Shown here in pieces: positions 14,939 through 32,199 of a DNA stretch of 64,000 bases. The position numbers and the translations under genes were made by a program. Positions within the stretch are counted from its first letter, which is position 1. Every line of letters starts with the position of its first letter. Below the pieces are notes generated by a model. It was not told where the DNA came from and ran no database searches. It was given only the letters and a program-made list of their open reading frames with translations. The DNA is from Ylistrum balloti. Lineage: Eukaryota. Location: positions 992,001-1,056,000 of the forward strand of contig NW_026782195.1 in NCBI RefSeq assembly GCF_031769215.1, in the 5' to 3' direction.

Positions 14939-15984
14939 CACCAAAGCGACAAATCTATATCTATATTATTTTTACAAAAACATCTAACATGTATCCATGT
15001 AATATTTAATCTACACGTTCAAAATGATGGAATGTAAACTGATCATTTATATAAAAGTATGTAAATTACCGCGTACTCTTTCTTACACAAGCCTTATCAC
15101 CAAGCGCCATATTGATAAATGTAAACACTGGGTTGGTAAGATTCAAATGGAGACTACGCGTGCGTTGATGCTGTGTCCATTGTGAGGCGGTGTCTACCTG
15201 TAGCAATTGCTGGTTACCTCATTGAACAACATACGGAAGGCCTGTCGCAGGTCATCAAGAGTAATAGAAGATGCATTAAGGTTATGTTTGACCGCAAGTA
15301 GGTCATAATTCAATGTAAAATGTATTCCAACGCACTATCTCAAGGACATTTGTGTCTTTGTATGATTGTCCTTTATTATGTATTGCTGTAACTATAAGCT
15401 GAAATAGGACACTTTATGTGACGTTTTGTAGAAATTTCGAATGTGGACTACATATTGATGTAGTAGAATTAACGGCTTGATTCTTTTAGTTGCCCAAACA
15501 ACTATTAAACATATACAAGGGAAACAACTCCAGTACAAGCCACGACAATCATTTAACAGATTTCCAATTCGTGAATTCCAATGTGGTGAACCACGGACTT
15601 GTTTCTTCACCTTAGAAATTATAGCTACTCGGGTGAAAATTGCAAAACATAACGCACAGCGTTCCCCTCTATTTAATCGTGTAACATATCATCGAGTATC
15701 TCTATACCAAACATTAAGTTTTTAAAACAGCTGATTTTTTTAGAGTATCATCGAATAAACTTTTAACCATTAAATAGCCATTTTTTATGCAGCTTTTCAG
15801 TTCAAATGAAAATTTAATAGTTTCCTATCGCGCGTATTCTGACCCCTGAATCAGAATAAAAAGTGCATCAACTTTTTTTTTTTGCTTTTTAAATTAATTT
15901 TTGAAGTCTAACCTTTCAAAAAATCATCACTAGAACAACAGTTGAAATTTAGAAATTCAGATCAAAAGACCTTTATACTAGAAA

Positions 15985-16074
15985 CGTGCCTATCCGAGGA
16001 CACAACCAGGACAGCAAAGACCGGTTTCTGAATCACGTAGACCACGTTCTACCGACTGTGCTATCTGGAGGCCC
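15985..16074 (-). mobile_element. Degenerate tRNA-derived SINE head
   Basis: Minus strand GGGCCTCCAGATAGCACAGTCGGTAGAACGTGGTC resembles a tRNA 5' end and Pol III A box. The B box is decayed and no cloverleaf can be folded. Confidence 0.45.
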
Positions 16075-18062
16075 CTAGAGCCCAAGTGTAAACATTGAAA
16101 TACGATAGTTGTCACAGGCCTCTTTTTGTTCTATGTAGTATCAAAACTAAAAATTAAAACTTGTTCGTTCGCGCGACATTTACAGGCAACATTTCACTGC
16201 ATTCTTGTGTAAATCATATTAATTGGATTGTAACAGAGTTGCGATATTTTCTAGTTAAAAGTCAGAGAAAAAAGCTCCCTAACAACGGTTCTTCTTTTTT
16301 AACATTGATAACTCTACCTGCTGGTTGACCCATTAACAGTCGAGGTCTTCGTTTACAGATTCACATGTACCTGTTGTTTGCAGGGGACTTTTAATTTTGT
16401 GACACTCTAAACTTGAGCAGTGTTTTCAATATGTGCTTGACAATGTGACATGGATCCTTACACTAATCTCGAAGACATTAAATATTTCAAATTGAAGAGA
16501 GTGCTTTGGTCAAAAGGCCAATGTCATTTCTGAGCATATCTCAGTACTGCTCATAGGCCTATACCCTGTCAAATACATGCCAGTAGTTATTGAGAAGTTT
16601 TTAAAGAAAACAGTTTTCACATGTTAAGCCGTTCAAATTCGCGACAGCTTAAAGAATTTTTCCTTAATGGTTCACAAGAATATAGCAAAACTGATAATCT
16701 ACTTGTATACTAAAGTAATGACATGAATCGAACCGAGTTTAGAAGAAAATTTTAGCCTACGGCAAATAGAAGTACTTCCTGCCCACCGTGTCTTCGTCTG
16801 CAACACAACACAGAAATTCGTGCTTTGTAAGTAATCGAAATTATAATGGTCAATTGATGAAATGTTACTCACCCATAGCCTTTCACCCCTAAGCACGTAT
16901 GGTGACAACGCTCGGAACATGACTCAGTCAAGTAGCTAACTGCTAAACAATCGTCGGTAAGTTGAACATTATCATCGACCCAACCCGGATGTATTTAAAC
17001 CTATATATAGCTTGGCCATCCTATTCCAAGAATTGTTACCGCCAAATCTCTGCTATCTTTTTAGTAACAGACACGTATACATACATGTGGTATAGCGTTC
17101 ATTCAAATACTTGTAATTGATAATAGCGTAAAGAGAAAGTAGGTGCAAGAAAGCTTCACTATGCTGTGCTATGGGAAGAACATACCCTGTTTAAAAAGTT
17201 CTCATTACCCTGGTTGAAAGGTACTCTTGTGTTTGAAGTCTCTTTGGTCAAATGCTTTGCTCATTGAAATATCTTCCTTCCTAGTATTCATAGTGTACTA
17301 TGTTACTTATGTAACAGTATTCGTAATTTTATAATGCGGGTTAGAAATCTTCATGTTTAGAGTTTATTTCAACCCCATATATATTGGAATACACAAAATA
17401 GTCGAGGATCTTACCATTTGAGTTATTTTGATTCTCAAACTAATTAATTTATTTTTCGAAAATTGCATCGTGAATATAAAACTATTCACTATTGTATATG
17501 GTATCATTAACTGCAGTCCAAAATACGAGTCTGGCAATGACAATTGGATAAGGGGAAGTAACTCTGACAGTATTATGACAAGACAACTTATCATGTGTGC
17601 GATTTTCACATGATGCCGAGGATGAGCACAACGTCGACGATCATGTGTTTCACCAAATTGTATAAGATATCTTACAAAGTATATGAGATGGCAGATAAAG
17701 TAAATATCTTATATGCTATAATAGGTATATCATAGGTCTAAATGATATATATTCTATATACAATGAGATATTTTATGTAATATATTTTTTAGAAGTTCAA
17801 TATACATTGTATAAGATAAAACATGCGAGTTGCTACATTAAAGTATTACTGTGAAATACCTTATACAGAGATCAAGTTTCTGGAAAATAAACAAATACTA
17901 TCAAATCGGTTTCTCTGTAAAACATTTTATTATACGTGACACAATAACGATATGTATGAGAGGAATCTTGAAGCATTTAAAAGCGTGCAACACCTGGTTT
18001 GTTACTTTTAATTCAAATTACACCTAAGTGTCTTCATACTAAATTTTAATGATAGAGATACG

Positions 18063-18213
18063 GTAACTACGCTTGGTTGTTTACAGTAACTACGCTTGGT
18101 TGTTTACGGTAACTACGCTTGGTTGTTTAGAGCAATTACGCTCGTTTGTTTACAGTTAATACGCTTGGATGTTTACAGTAACTACGCTTGGTTGTTTACA
18201 GTAACTACGCTTG
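18063..18213. repeat. 23-bp tandem repeat, about 6.5 copies
   Basis: GTAACTACGCTTGGTTGTTTACA at 18063, 18086, 18109 ... 18201. Confidence 0.95.
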
Positions 18214-19699
18214 AATTACTATCTAATCGAAGAACTATTATAAAAATGAATAGACACCAGATTCCAAATTGTCTAATAAATATATTATCCACCACAAAAA
18301 CATGAGATAAAAAAATCAACATGATCAAAGAAAAATTGACATCTACAGAATACCATATTTCAGACTCTCTGTTGCTTACATAATTTTTTCTACGTTTAGA
18401 ATATGAACTGCTTTAAACGGAGAAATACATCACTGTCATTATCTCTCAAATCAGCTCTAATCCACAAAATACCAAATTCATGACTTACGCGAAAAAAAAC
18501 TTCACACCAGACTAGAACACTAATGAAGTCCTTTCAAATACGATATTATTTTGTCCAAGATTCCAACTGCACAAATTTCCGCTACATATACCGTTGTAAA
18601 AATGTCTTTCATTATATATATAGTATTTATAGTACATTATGTATATGTCGTTTCAGGGACATATCATATGCTATGCATTTTGGCGTTTGATTTTCGTGTT
18701 TCTTCTATGAGAATCCCGTGTGTTATCTAATCTTATCCACCCATGTCCTATTCAGTTCTACGCTGTAGTTAGTATGGACTTTTCAATAGTACGAAAACTA
18801 TTTAAACATTAAAATGAGGTTTGATTTAAACTTATTTATTGCCCCAAAATTGAGCAGAGGATTAGAAGTTATTTCAACTTATGACCGCCTTTTCCTCTAA
18901 TACAATACATGATAATATTTACATGATAACATTAACAAGGCATATATAATATATTTAACAGTTAGTACATTTTACTTAAAATCTGTTGCTAGATTTGATA
19001 AAAATTTGCACGTGTCTGAATACTTCTGTATTGGTAGTTAGGGACAGATTTTCATTTCCAAATAAAAATAGATGTAAATTCACTTGAACTATATTCAACA
19101 TGTTTATACTTTGAAAAAGCGTTATTCTTACTTTAATATAAAGCTTACATTCTAGGAAAAAATACCAACATCCTCACAGTAATGTCTACAAGCACACGAT
19201 GGGTTATCAACAATCTAAACACGGAACAAATCACTTTTCAAAGAACTGCACTGATGTCCGAGTCTCGTATGTAATATATTTAGATTACGTTCGCCAAAAT
19301 TATAAGACGGAGGACAAGAATTAGCGTCACAAACCCTACATGAGTCGTTCGAAAAAATTCTCCGCTTTTTAATATATCTTTTTAAAAGATGCTCATTATT
19401 TCGAGCCTAAAAATGGTATGAAATTCATGATGGTATTTCAATTGTAAAAGCTTTAAAATGCATATCTGTTTTATAAATATGCAAAATTAACTGTGTAATA
19501 GTTTGTCACAAAAGTTAACGCAATAAGTTTGAAAATTATGAACTTTTTACTTCTACTTAATATGATAATATTAGTTATATACGTTTGGAGAAAAAATGGT
19601 TTAGCAGGGCTTGTTAACTCGAATTTCTTCGCTCTTTGTTACAAAGAGACAACTGTGTTTTCTCGACATGGTGACGAACAGATTATTATATTCAGTACG

Positions 19700-19834
19700 C
19701 GTCTTTCACTACACACCGCAGTCTTCCGGTCACGCGACTTTCATCCGGGCTTCTGTTGATAGGGACATAAGCAAAAGAGAGCGACCACGGCGTCGAAGAG
19801 CAGGGATTTTCCCCTGAATATATTTACATCATAA
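19700..19834 (+). promoter_or_regulatory. Probable promoter and non-coding first exon of Elongin C
   Basis: CpG-richer patch with ETS-like CTTCCGG (about 19723), perfect donor |GTAAGT at 19835. Matching acceptor ttttgaag| before 21509, 28 nt upstream of the ATG. Confidence 0.5.
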
Positions 19835-21506
19835 GTAAGTTTAATGTGTGAATTTGCCTACTTTGATCAGCCAATATGTAGTTGAGATATTCTTTGTCAC
19901 ATAATTTCATTTGATGTTTAAACCAGATGTATTTAAAGCCCACAGTTGACGTAAATAAATGACCCTGTCTGAAAAACGCAACGTTACTATAAATAGACAC
20001 GATAATAATGTGTATTTGTTTGAACTCGAAAATAATATATGATCAAGATAACCTCCAAATGGCACTTTCTTTCCTTTTTTGTAACAGATTGGTTAGAATA
20101 TACACATCAACCTTTTTATTTCATTGTCGTTTGTTGAGTAAAAACTTGTCCAAGCTCACGTGCAAGAATTCCACAGTTACAAGCCACGAGATCGTAGTAT
20201 CTGGAACCATAACGGTATGCCTAAATACATAATGAATATATGGTCAGTGTCTTTAAATTTAAATTGTATTTTTGCAGGGGTTAAGCAAGACAATAGTGTC
20301 GAGCCACTTTTGTCTTTCTCTCCCGAACCAAAATGCAGCTTATATTTTAAGACACTGGCCATGCATTCTATTTGTATTGCACCACTGATTGAAAATCAGA
20401 CAATCAAAACTTAAAGTTTTCTTGTTCAATTGTTGATGTTCTGCAGGATTTTACCTGATGATGTAAGCCATAATAATTGCTCCGCACAGAAATATAGTTC
20501 CACACTTAAATGGATGTGACAGCGATTTTATGACTTTTGTGAATAAACTTGTTCAGTACAACACATATATATCATAAATAGATAAGATATTGCTTATTTC
20601 AACATATTTTTATATTGTTAAACATAGTACTGGACATACTAAAATACCACTTTTCTGTCACTGTCAAATACAGCAAAAATATATGTGGCAGGTGTATTCC
20701 AATAATGGCAGTGCCACTGACTGTGTATTCTATTATCCTATGACATTTATTGAAAATTCAGACCACAAATAGTTTTTTTTTTCTTGGTCAAATTGACTTT
20801 GACATTTACTGCCCTGTGTAGAAATAAAGTTCCAAACTTAACAGTTTAAACAGCAATTTCATGAATTTTCATAAATATATCTGCTGATACATATAGTGAT
20901 TAAAGTTTTAAAAAAATCATTGGTGATGGATAACTCCTAGATTGAAAAAAAACAAAACAAAGACAAATTTTTAAAAGATATCTGGAAGTTTTCTTTTTTC
21001 GTTTTACCAAATTATATTTTATCTCCATTCATATTTCCGTCTAAAACTCGGTGCTCTTGCAGTTTTCTAGAAATTGTGGATAACTGCAGTGCAGTTGTCA
21101 ATACACAAAGAATGACACTGGCAGACACAATATTTATTTAGAGCCTGCATTTGTTATGTGAACGTGAAATGATTTAACATCTCATTTAAATCATGTAAAC
21201 CATTCAATTTGAAATCAGTGGATCAAGTTTATATTTTTAACTATTTTACCCATATAGTTGGCAGTCATCCTGTTTCAATCAGACTTCCTGTGGCTATAGT
21301 GGTTTCCTAGGAAATCCAGAATTTGCTCTTCATATAATATTAATATATTGTAAATTGTAGGAATGATTTGTAAATTGTTTAAATGATGGCTAGCCAAGTA
21401 GTAGGGATTATTTTTCATTGCTGTATGGTATTTCAACTGTTTATTTTCTGTATCACCACATTTAGTTACAAATATTTAACCATTATATGATGTCATTTTA
21501 TTTTGA

Positions 21507-23980
<2,474 letters not shown>

Positions 23981-26900
23981 ATGACTTGCGCTTTATTTGT
24001 AATGTAAATTAACACTTGAGGACTCCCTATATATCTGAGTCAGTAGCAGGAGCCGGCACTTGAGAACAGCTGTGCAAATTATAAAGGAACACAAGATTCC
24101 AACCTGCTGTCGTAACCATCTCCAATATTTTGTTCATTGTAATTATACAGTAATGGTAAGGATGTGTATTCATAAGTTGTACCATCAAAGGAACTGTGGA
24201 TAAAAACAGGGACAAAGAGATTTAGCCAGATCTGATGCAAGCTTGAAGAATGAACAGTGTGTTGGTAATGTTTGTATGGGAGATATCATCATCATCCTCT
24301 TTGTCTATAGGTGGAGTCTAGTTAAATACACAGGAAAAATGGAAAGTACCTTTTTTTACCCTTTCTTAATTATTCTTTGTGAATGTTGTTAATATTTATT
24401 ATTAAATATTGTGATATTTTATCACATTATGTATGCGTGCATCGGATATAACAGATAGAAATACACATTTTTATTCCAGCAAGCAGTTTCTTGTTATTCT
24501 TCACAATACATATTTCTTTAAATATTTCCTGGCATGAAGGAAATAACGCATTTTTTCAGTTTTCAGAGCCTGTATTAAAGTATTACAAAAAATCTGCAAA
24601 GGTACCAGCAGCTGTTTTCTCCTTAAGAAGAATTGCACAATAGTTTCACTTACCATTGCATTACATGTTTATGTAGAACAAAATTATATAGCAATATTAC
24701 TAAATATGTGTATATAGCTGATGCTTTGTGATATTCAAGTGAGTAAACAGGTCTGTGTACTTTTAGAAAGAAATATGTAAACCTCAACATTCATTAAAGT
24801 TCTATCCATTTTATGATGTTTTATTTGTTTTCTTTGCTGTTGCTGTCATTAAAGGTCATGCCTTGAGTGATTATCAATGTAAAATGTTCATAAAAAGTTC
24901 TTCATTCCTCACAGAAATGACCTTGTCTTACTTTTAAAATCATATGTTTTTGAAAAGATAATAATTTTATGAAGTTCCAGAAGACCCAATATCCTGATAT
25001 GCGAACAGGTAATTAAATTAAAATTTCTTCATATGAACTACCTTGACCTATCGTGGGAGTCAAATGTGTTAAAAACCATTTGAGAAATAGCCTTCTGTAA
25101 GTTCCAGGGTACTGAATTTGTCCAGGAAGTACCTTGGAAGAAGCGCTGTCAAATTTACTAATACAGAGCTGACAATGTTGAGCCAATTGACTGATGTCAT
25201 CTTTTTTGACTCCGAAATAAGATCATTCCATTTATAGTATTCACAAAAAATTAATAGTTATAAAATTCAATCTTAAGATTAACCATTTTCATATCTGCTG
25301 ATAGAGTGACACTGACTTATTTCAAGATCACAAGAGTCCAATGTTTAAATGTTCAAACAGACCCAGGATACTGATATTTAGCCAGTACATATGTAGGTAC
25401 CTGGGGCAATTGGCTACAAGGTTGTCGCACAAATTATCAACCTTTCTAAGGTCACAGGAGTGGAAATTGAGAAGAGTCCTGTAAGATATCGTGCCAGCAG
25501 GTACGGTACCAAAGCTGAAACGAATAAATAATTACTTTCTTCGTCTAAATGGTCTTGACCTTTTTTTCTATGTCACATGAATCAAATGCATTAAAAACTT
25601 AGGACCTTTTCAAGATTCTCAGGACTGAAGGTACCGATATTTGGCCAATTAATACCCAGGATGCTACAGTATTTCTGAAATAAACTCCCTTGTAAGTTCA
25701 CAAGGGTCAGATTTGTTAACATTCGGACCAGTTCTTTATATTATTTCTACCGGAAAACACTTCAATTTGAACCGGTATTATAAAGCTCATTCTAATTTTA
25801 CTGCTCTATGCTTTTACACACTTGTTTTGGAAGTTTTTCTTATTAATGTTCTCTACCTATTTATTTTTGCTAGCAAATAAGTAAAAGTCGAGGACAAGTT
25901 TTAAAATATCTTCTATGAAATTAAAAGAAAAAGTGTTTTTTTTATCACATAACCCAGAAAATTAATTTTGAACGGTTTTAAAAGCAAGCAGGCTGCCATT
26001 TTGTTGTACTATTTTCAGTTCGTAACATATCGTTATTGTCCATATTGCTAACATGATCGCTCCAGGGTATATCATGATAGTGACAAACACGACAAAATAT
26101 AATAATTATGTATGTCAGATTTTGAGAACGATCCAGTTTACCAGGTGGTCGTATCAAAAGTTACTCAAGTGATCTTCACGAAACTATGACTCGATATGAT
26201 CAGTATAGATCACAGTGTGCATGTCACTGAGACTGAGACATGAACACATGGAACAACCTCCCCGAGATCTAGAACATATCAGTAAAATGGAGGGACACTG
26301 TAAATAAAGAGAAAGAAAAAAAAGATGGTCACTGGGGAACCAAGAAATAACTGGTATCGAGTATTACCACCGACTTAAGACATAAAAGTTCGTGTTTGTC
26401 CGGTACCAGAAGTTTATCTAAATATCTTATTACTCTAAATGTTAACATGTTTTCAACAAATATGTTTTTTCGGAATGTTTACATGTACAACGATTAACGT
26501 AACTTGACTATGACGTACCATCAACCACGGACATTATACTTCAACGTAGGTAAACACAACACCAAAGTTTATCTAGATTAACACTGATGTTCCGTTGTAA
26601 TGCAAATATCTGTATGTTAAAACCTATTTGATAGATTAAGCATCTTGGCTTGTGGAAGTGTTGTTTTGTTTCATGGGGTAAACATTTTGAAGTCAATAGA
26701 TTACTTTAGAGTGATCTCCCCTCTTATAAACAATCGAGTGCTCCCATGGCCTAAAGATCACAACCAAGACAAGTACTCTGCAAGAACTAGATATGGTAAG
26801 ATTTTTTTTCCATTTTGGAATGAAAGCGGTAATCGAGAGACAGAATATCACATTCCCCACTGTAAACACTTGTTAAATGTTTTAGGAGAGATACAACACC

Positions 26901-28039
26901 GAACTTGTAACGTAACAAACTGCGTTCTCGAAGGAACGTGACATGGGAGATAACTCTATCAAAGAAACCCGTAGCCGCTTACGCATATAACAATAACTGT
27001 AGCGAACAGACATGGTTTTTTGGGGACCTCGTTCGAGGTTGACTTATCCATATTTGGCCAAAATATGTGACTATAAAAGAAAATTGATGAAATAATTGGG
27101 ACACCATTTCAAATAATAGCTATGAAAGTCACACAATTCTGATTTACACGTACATTAGAAAAAGTATACATCTTAACTGCATACCCAAGTATTGCTAACA
27201 CCACCGATGTGTTCGGGAGTCGTAATATCTCAATCAGGACTTAACATTCTGTAACTCAATATCATTCGAGGTAAAACCACGATTATAATATTACAGAATA
27301 TGTCAGCTCGAGATTTAAAATTTACACCAAACATATTAAGATTATCGCATAAAAATATCAACTAATTTCATTTCTCTTCAATTCGATTTAATACCTCCAT
27401 TTTCTATCATACGCCAAAAGAAACTTTGTTATATTGCCATTTTAATCACGACTTCTTTTTCATGCCATATCTCGCTTAAAGTTACCCGACGGAGTAGGAC
27501 GAGACAGAAAATTGACTTACAATGTACACGTATATTCTATTCGATCTTGCTCTGGGAGTTTCCCTTCCAGATATAAAATATAGAGATTCTCTTTACTACG
27601 AGTGACCTTATATATACAATTTATCGGGCAATCATTAAATTTTCTTTATATTACACATTTAAAGAAAAACACAAAGAACGAAAAGTTCGGCATCATTGCA
27701 GTGATGTTTTTATCAAATTAAAAAAAATCTATGTTTTACTTACAAAAAATATAAAAGAAGGGTTATGTTCGTACATATATATAAACAACAATAATAATAT
27801 GTTGCACGGAATAACTGAGCAATAGGGGTCTGTGGAATACATGTTGATGATTAAAGACTACGGGGAAATGTTGGGGTTGCCGCCATGATCTCATTTTTAA
27901 AATTATTTCATTTTCCTTTTGTGATATGCATTTAAATGTTTTTGATGCTTATAAGTATTTTTTGGTGGTTTCTCATTTGAAAAAAAAATGATAATACATA
28001 ACTGGAATGGCCAAAATATACATGGCAGGTGTCCTCGAA

Positions 28040-28130
28040 ACTGAAGACGCTTACCTTTCTAGAACACCTGGTCGTGTTCATGTTCAAGAGTCTCTGTGTA
28101 AATCCTTGTTTTGTTCATATTTTGCCCAGG
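28040..28130 (+). mobile_element. Short family A fragment
   Basis: GAAGACGCTTACCTTTCTAGAACACCTG matches the reverse complement of about 3485-3512. Confidence 0.5.
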
Positions 28131-29116
28131 TTTCATGGATAATAAGATAGAATCATGATCTTTAAAGATGTCGATATTTTCCTAATATTTCAAAGTCACG
28201 TGATCATTATAATTTGGAAAAGGGGAGAAATAATCTGACATCCACCTTGTACTTTCAGACTCTCAGACTGATTTCATCAAAATGCAACATTCATGGAGCT
28301 GAGAACATCCTGAGATGTCCACAAGGTATACTTATTCATTCTGTAAACATGTTCACCACGATCCAGACCATTGATTCACAGCTTTCAAATTGACTTTAAG
28401 AAAAACTTCAGTTTGACTTACTTTCGTGTCTTGTATTAAAATAAACGCTTGGACACTTAATTCAGTGTAAGAGATTAGTGGTAATAGTCAGTAATTGTGT
28501 TTGAATTTAGACTACATTGTGCTTACAAACTTCAACAGTCCGAGTTACCTAATAACTGACAAGCCACCAAAGGGACGCTAATCTTAAGTCTTAAATAGCG
28601 CGACGCTTTCATGCATTGAAAACAATTTGTCCTGTCTATATTATCGTATTGTTTTTAATACTACACCATGTTTCCTTATTAACGTTATACATTATTGTTA
28701 AAAATCAGCCCATTTCATACCTTCTGACTTAAGGATTTCTACTCTTTATTCTTTTGTATGTCGATTTCGTCCGACTTGCCAAAATTATCAGTTTGCCTTT
28801 GCATTACGCCAACAAGAGGAAGACCGAAATCTTTCTATATAAAAGTTCTATATCTTTAAATATGATATATATATATAAGCCGATCACAGAAATTTCGACG
28901 CAGCATTGATAATGATTTGTACAATTAGATAGAGGTGACTTGACAATGCCGTCAGTACTCACATTAAGAAGGAACAAGAAAAGAGAAACTCAATAATTGG
29001 TTAAGGAGTCATAGTAGAACCTCTGTAAATTAATTGCCCATTTTTTGCCTTCAGTAAAAAGAAAGACTCTAAGATGTTTACAGGGATGTTTGCCATATTT
29101 TACGTCAAGCACGAAC

Positions 29117-30173
29117 ATGACATCGTTCCGATCAAGACTGGAAGGTTATGGTGGCGGTAGTGTGGATCTCACTAAGGACGTGGCTGATGGCATTGCTATC
29201 GTCACCCTTAACAACCCGGACAAGAAAAATGCTTTATCAGGTAGATCCAGAAATTATGATCGCCAGTTAACCAGAAACTTTTACATATAAGCAGGCATAA
29301 GACAGTAATGTAATATTATTTACCAAATAAAATCAGTATTGTTTTATATTCTATATTAACGTCATAGTAATATTTCTGAAAGTAACGGAGAAAGCAGCCT
29401 TTAGTGAACACATTTTGTTTGCTTTCGTTTGATATTGTTGAAAAATCAGCTATCGCACTCTTGCAGGTAAAATGATGCTTGATTTCCGCAATGTGGTCGA
29501 AGAATTGGAAACATGGGATGATGGAAAAGGTGTGATATTAACGGGGTCACAGAGAACATTTTGTTCTGGAGGTGATTTAACCACTGTTCAGAACATTCTG
29601 ACATCAGAGCAGGGTTATGAAATGGCAGAATTCATGCACGAAACATTGACACGGCTTCATCGACTGCCGTTGGTCAGTATGGCTCTTGTTCAAGGTAACG
29701 CAATTGGAGGAGGGGCCGAGCTTACCACAGCTTGTGACTTTCGTGTGATGACCAACACGGCCCGTATTGGGTTCGTACAGATGAAGATGGGTGTCTTGAC
29801 AGGATGGGGAGGGGCGACAAGGCTTGTTGGATTGGTAGGTCGTTCAAGAGCTCTGGACATATTGTGTTCCTCTAGACTGCTTTCTTCTCAGGAGTGTCTC
29901 AGACAAGGCTTGATAGATCACATCATTCCCTTACAACCGCCCAAAGAGGAGAGTATCGAGGAGGATGAGGTTACCCTGAGGATCGGTCGTGCTTGGCTGA
30001 GTCAGTACTGTCACGCGGATGTGAATCTGGTGAGGGATATGAAGACAGTGGTGATAGAGGCTTGTGAGTCGGACTATATCTCCTCACTAGAAAAAGAACG
30101 TGCTATATTTAGTAAGACATGGGGAGGACCTGCTCAGAAAAGAGCACTTGATCTAAATATTAAACATTCTTGA
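29117..30173 (+). CDS. ECHDC1: Ethylmalonyl-CoA decarboxylase (crotonase superfamily). Exons 29117(or 29055)-29240 and 29467-30173; at least 276 aa
   Basis: GGGSVDLTKD..GIAIVTLNNPDKKNALSG|KMML...WDDGKGVILTG...FCSGGDL...LPLVSMALVQGNAIGGGAELTTACDFR...MGVLTGWGGATRL...WGGPAQKRAL. The C-terminal WGGPA is characteristic of ECHDC1. Phase 1/1 intron; true start uncertain. Confidence 0.9.
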
Positions 30174-31049
30174 CATAGAATGATTTAGATGTTATATCGG
30201 CACCGAGCCGTAACTGAGATGAACTCGGATTCAATACATCTGAGCATACTGTTTGTTTGCTGTAGAACATTCAGGAAATGCTACGTACTTTCCGACTTCG
30301 TATCCTCAGAAGTTTCCTGAAGTCGTGTAGCTCCCAGCATAACTAAAAAAGTCCTTGAATGACCAAACCGTTGTAGGATTTTTTCATTGTTGGGTATGTA
30401 GTTCATGAGTAAAGTGGTATTTCTAAATGTGTTTTGTGTCGTCCTTAAAGAATTTATTGCGGTTTGTGAGCTCTGCTGTTTGGTAGATCAAGAGGTTTTT
30501 TGTATACCTGTATATCATATATAAATGTCATATCTAAATTCTTATGAATAATTTCATTGGTTAATGGAAAACAATTACAAAGAGAAGAACCAAAAAGCTG
30601 CACGTGACATGTTTACTCTTTAGATGTCATATCCATTACCGAACTCATGTTTTTCACCTGTGTATGTCTTTGTAAGATTGAAAGCCAAATCCAGGTCTAC
30701 CAGGATGTAGGAGGAAATTTGAGAACACTTTAAATAAATACACAAGATGATCTCTGAGTCAATATATATATATGGTGATTCGGTGTACGTTGGCCTGATA
30801 TTTATGATACTGCCACAGTTATCTAGGATCTGCTGTTACTAATCACATAAATTAAATTTAATATTAAATGCATTAGACTTCTTATTTCTGATTAAATCTA
30901 CACACATTTTCAACTTTTATATCGTATACTAGAAAAATACTATATCATAGTCTTGAAATATATGTAAGTTTAAAAAAAAAGACAAGAAAATACCAACATT
31001 TCAACATAATCATAATCCAAACTCGAGGTCAATAAAACAAGGGCAAAAT

Positions 31050-31483
31050 ATGAAAGTAAGCATCTCCTGCTACATTGACGACACCTGCTATGTCAGTATT
31101 GGTCAATCCAAGTAAGTAATGTCATGTTCTCAAATAAGAACAAGGTATACAACAACGGAACCAACAGGAAAACTAACGAGCATCAAACACGTCCAGCTTC
31201 ATATCCCACAAAGAAATAGATCAGATGTCCGAGCAAGGTGTTGGCAGCTGACAGATGATGAACTTATGCTAGTTACAAAGCAGGGTTCCAAGCGAGGCAG
31301 GTTGATGAGGACTATTATAATCTCATTAAATCTATTATATGTCTTTGTTTTCCATTAATTTACCTGGTATCTGATTATCTTGTTCTTATTTGAGAATGTG
31401 GCTTTACGCACTTGGTTTGATCAAGATTTACGTTGCAGGTGTCTTCATGGAGATGAGATGCTTGCCCTACCGGAACACCTGTT
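31050..31483. mobile_element. Two family A fragments in inverted orientation
   Basis: TTCTCAAATAAGAACAAG (31127-31144) and its exact reverse complement (31379-31396); flanks also align. Confidence 0.7.
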
Positions 31484-32199
31484 CCTATTGACCCCTATCC
31501 TTTTTCAAACCCATTCATGTAAATATTTCTTTTGATCATATGTTTATCGGTTTGAAGTTCAAATACAGATTATGTTGTCATGTTGACATTTTCTTCACGT
31601 TTTAAACTCATGATACCGCTTCATTGTGTGCTTTCAATTTTGAAGTTTCTTGTTCTATCAGCAGCTTCAGATTATTGAAACTTAACTCACCGACAACTGA
31701 GTTCGGGCATAACAAGTTTTCAATCCTTGGCGATATCTGGAACCCTCGATGTAATAAGTACGACAACACGACACCTTTACTACATAATAACTGTAACACG
31801 ATATTTAGGTGCAGCCAGGATTGAAAACGCTACTTAATGAAGGTCTGTGAACGGACGTACTCCGACACATTATTTCAACGTCTGATTGATACGTGTAAAT
31901 AAACTTTAATACACAATTTACCCCTTTGTGTGCAGTAGACACCTTGGGGAAGTGGAGCGTGCACGCTTTGATGTTTAAAATCAGAATATCTAATTTAGTG
32001 TAGATTAATCTTTTTTGAATATGGTATGATAAATTTCTTTTGATCCTTGGAACGTTAATTTACATGTTATGAAATTGGTATATAATCACCTGACTATTAG
32101 AAGCTTGTCTAGGTGATGGTACACAAGTCAATTAATCTATCTATTTGTGCGTCACTTATTTAATGTATCAAATGTTTGTCCTTATGATGTTATTTTTTG

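Noticed and set aside
15985-16074. Functional tRNA gene
   Set aside because: Only an A-box-like 5' part is present; no B box, T arm or acceptor pairing.
31608-31824. Overlapping 63-66-aa ORFs as a small gene
   Set aside because: No recognisable domain, no convincing splice partners, stops in flanking frames.
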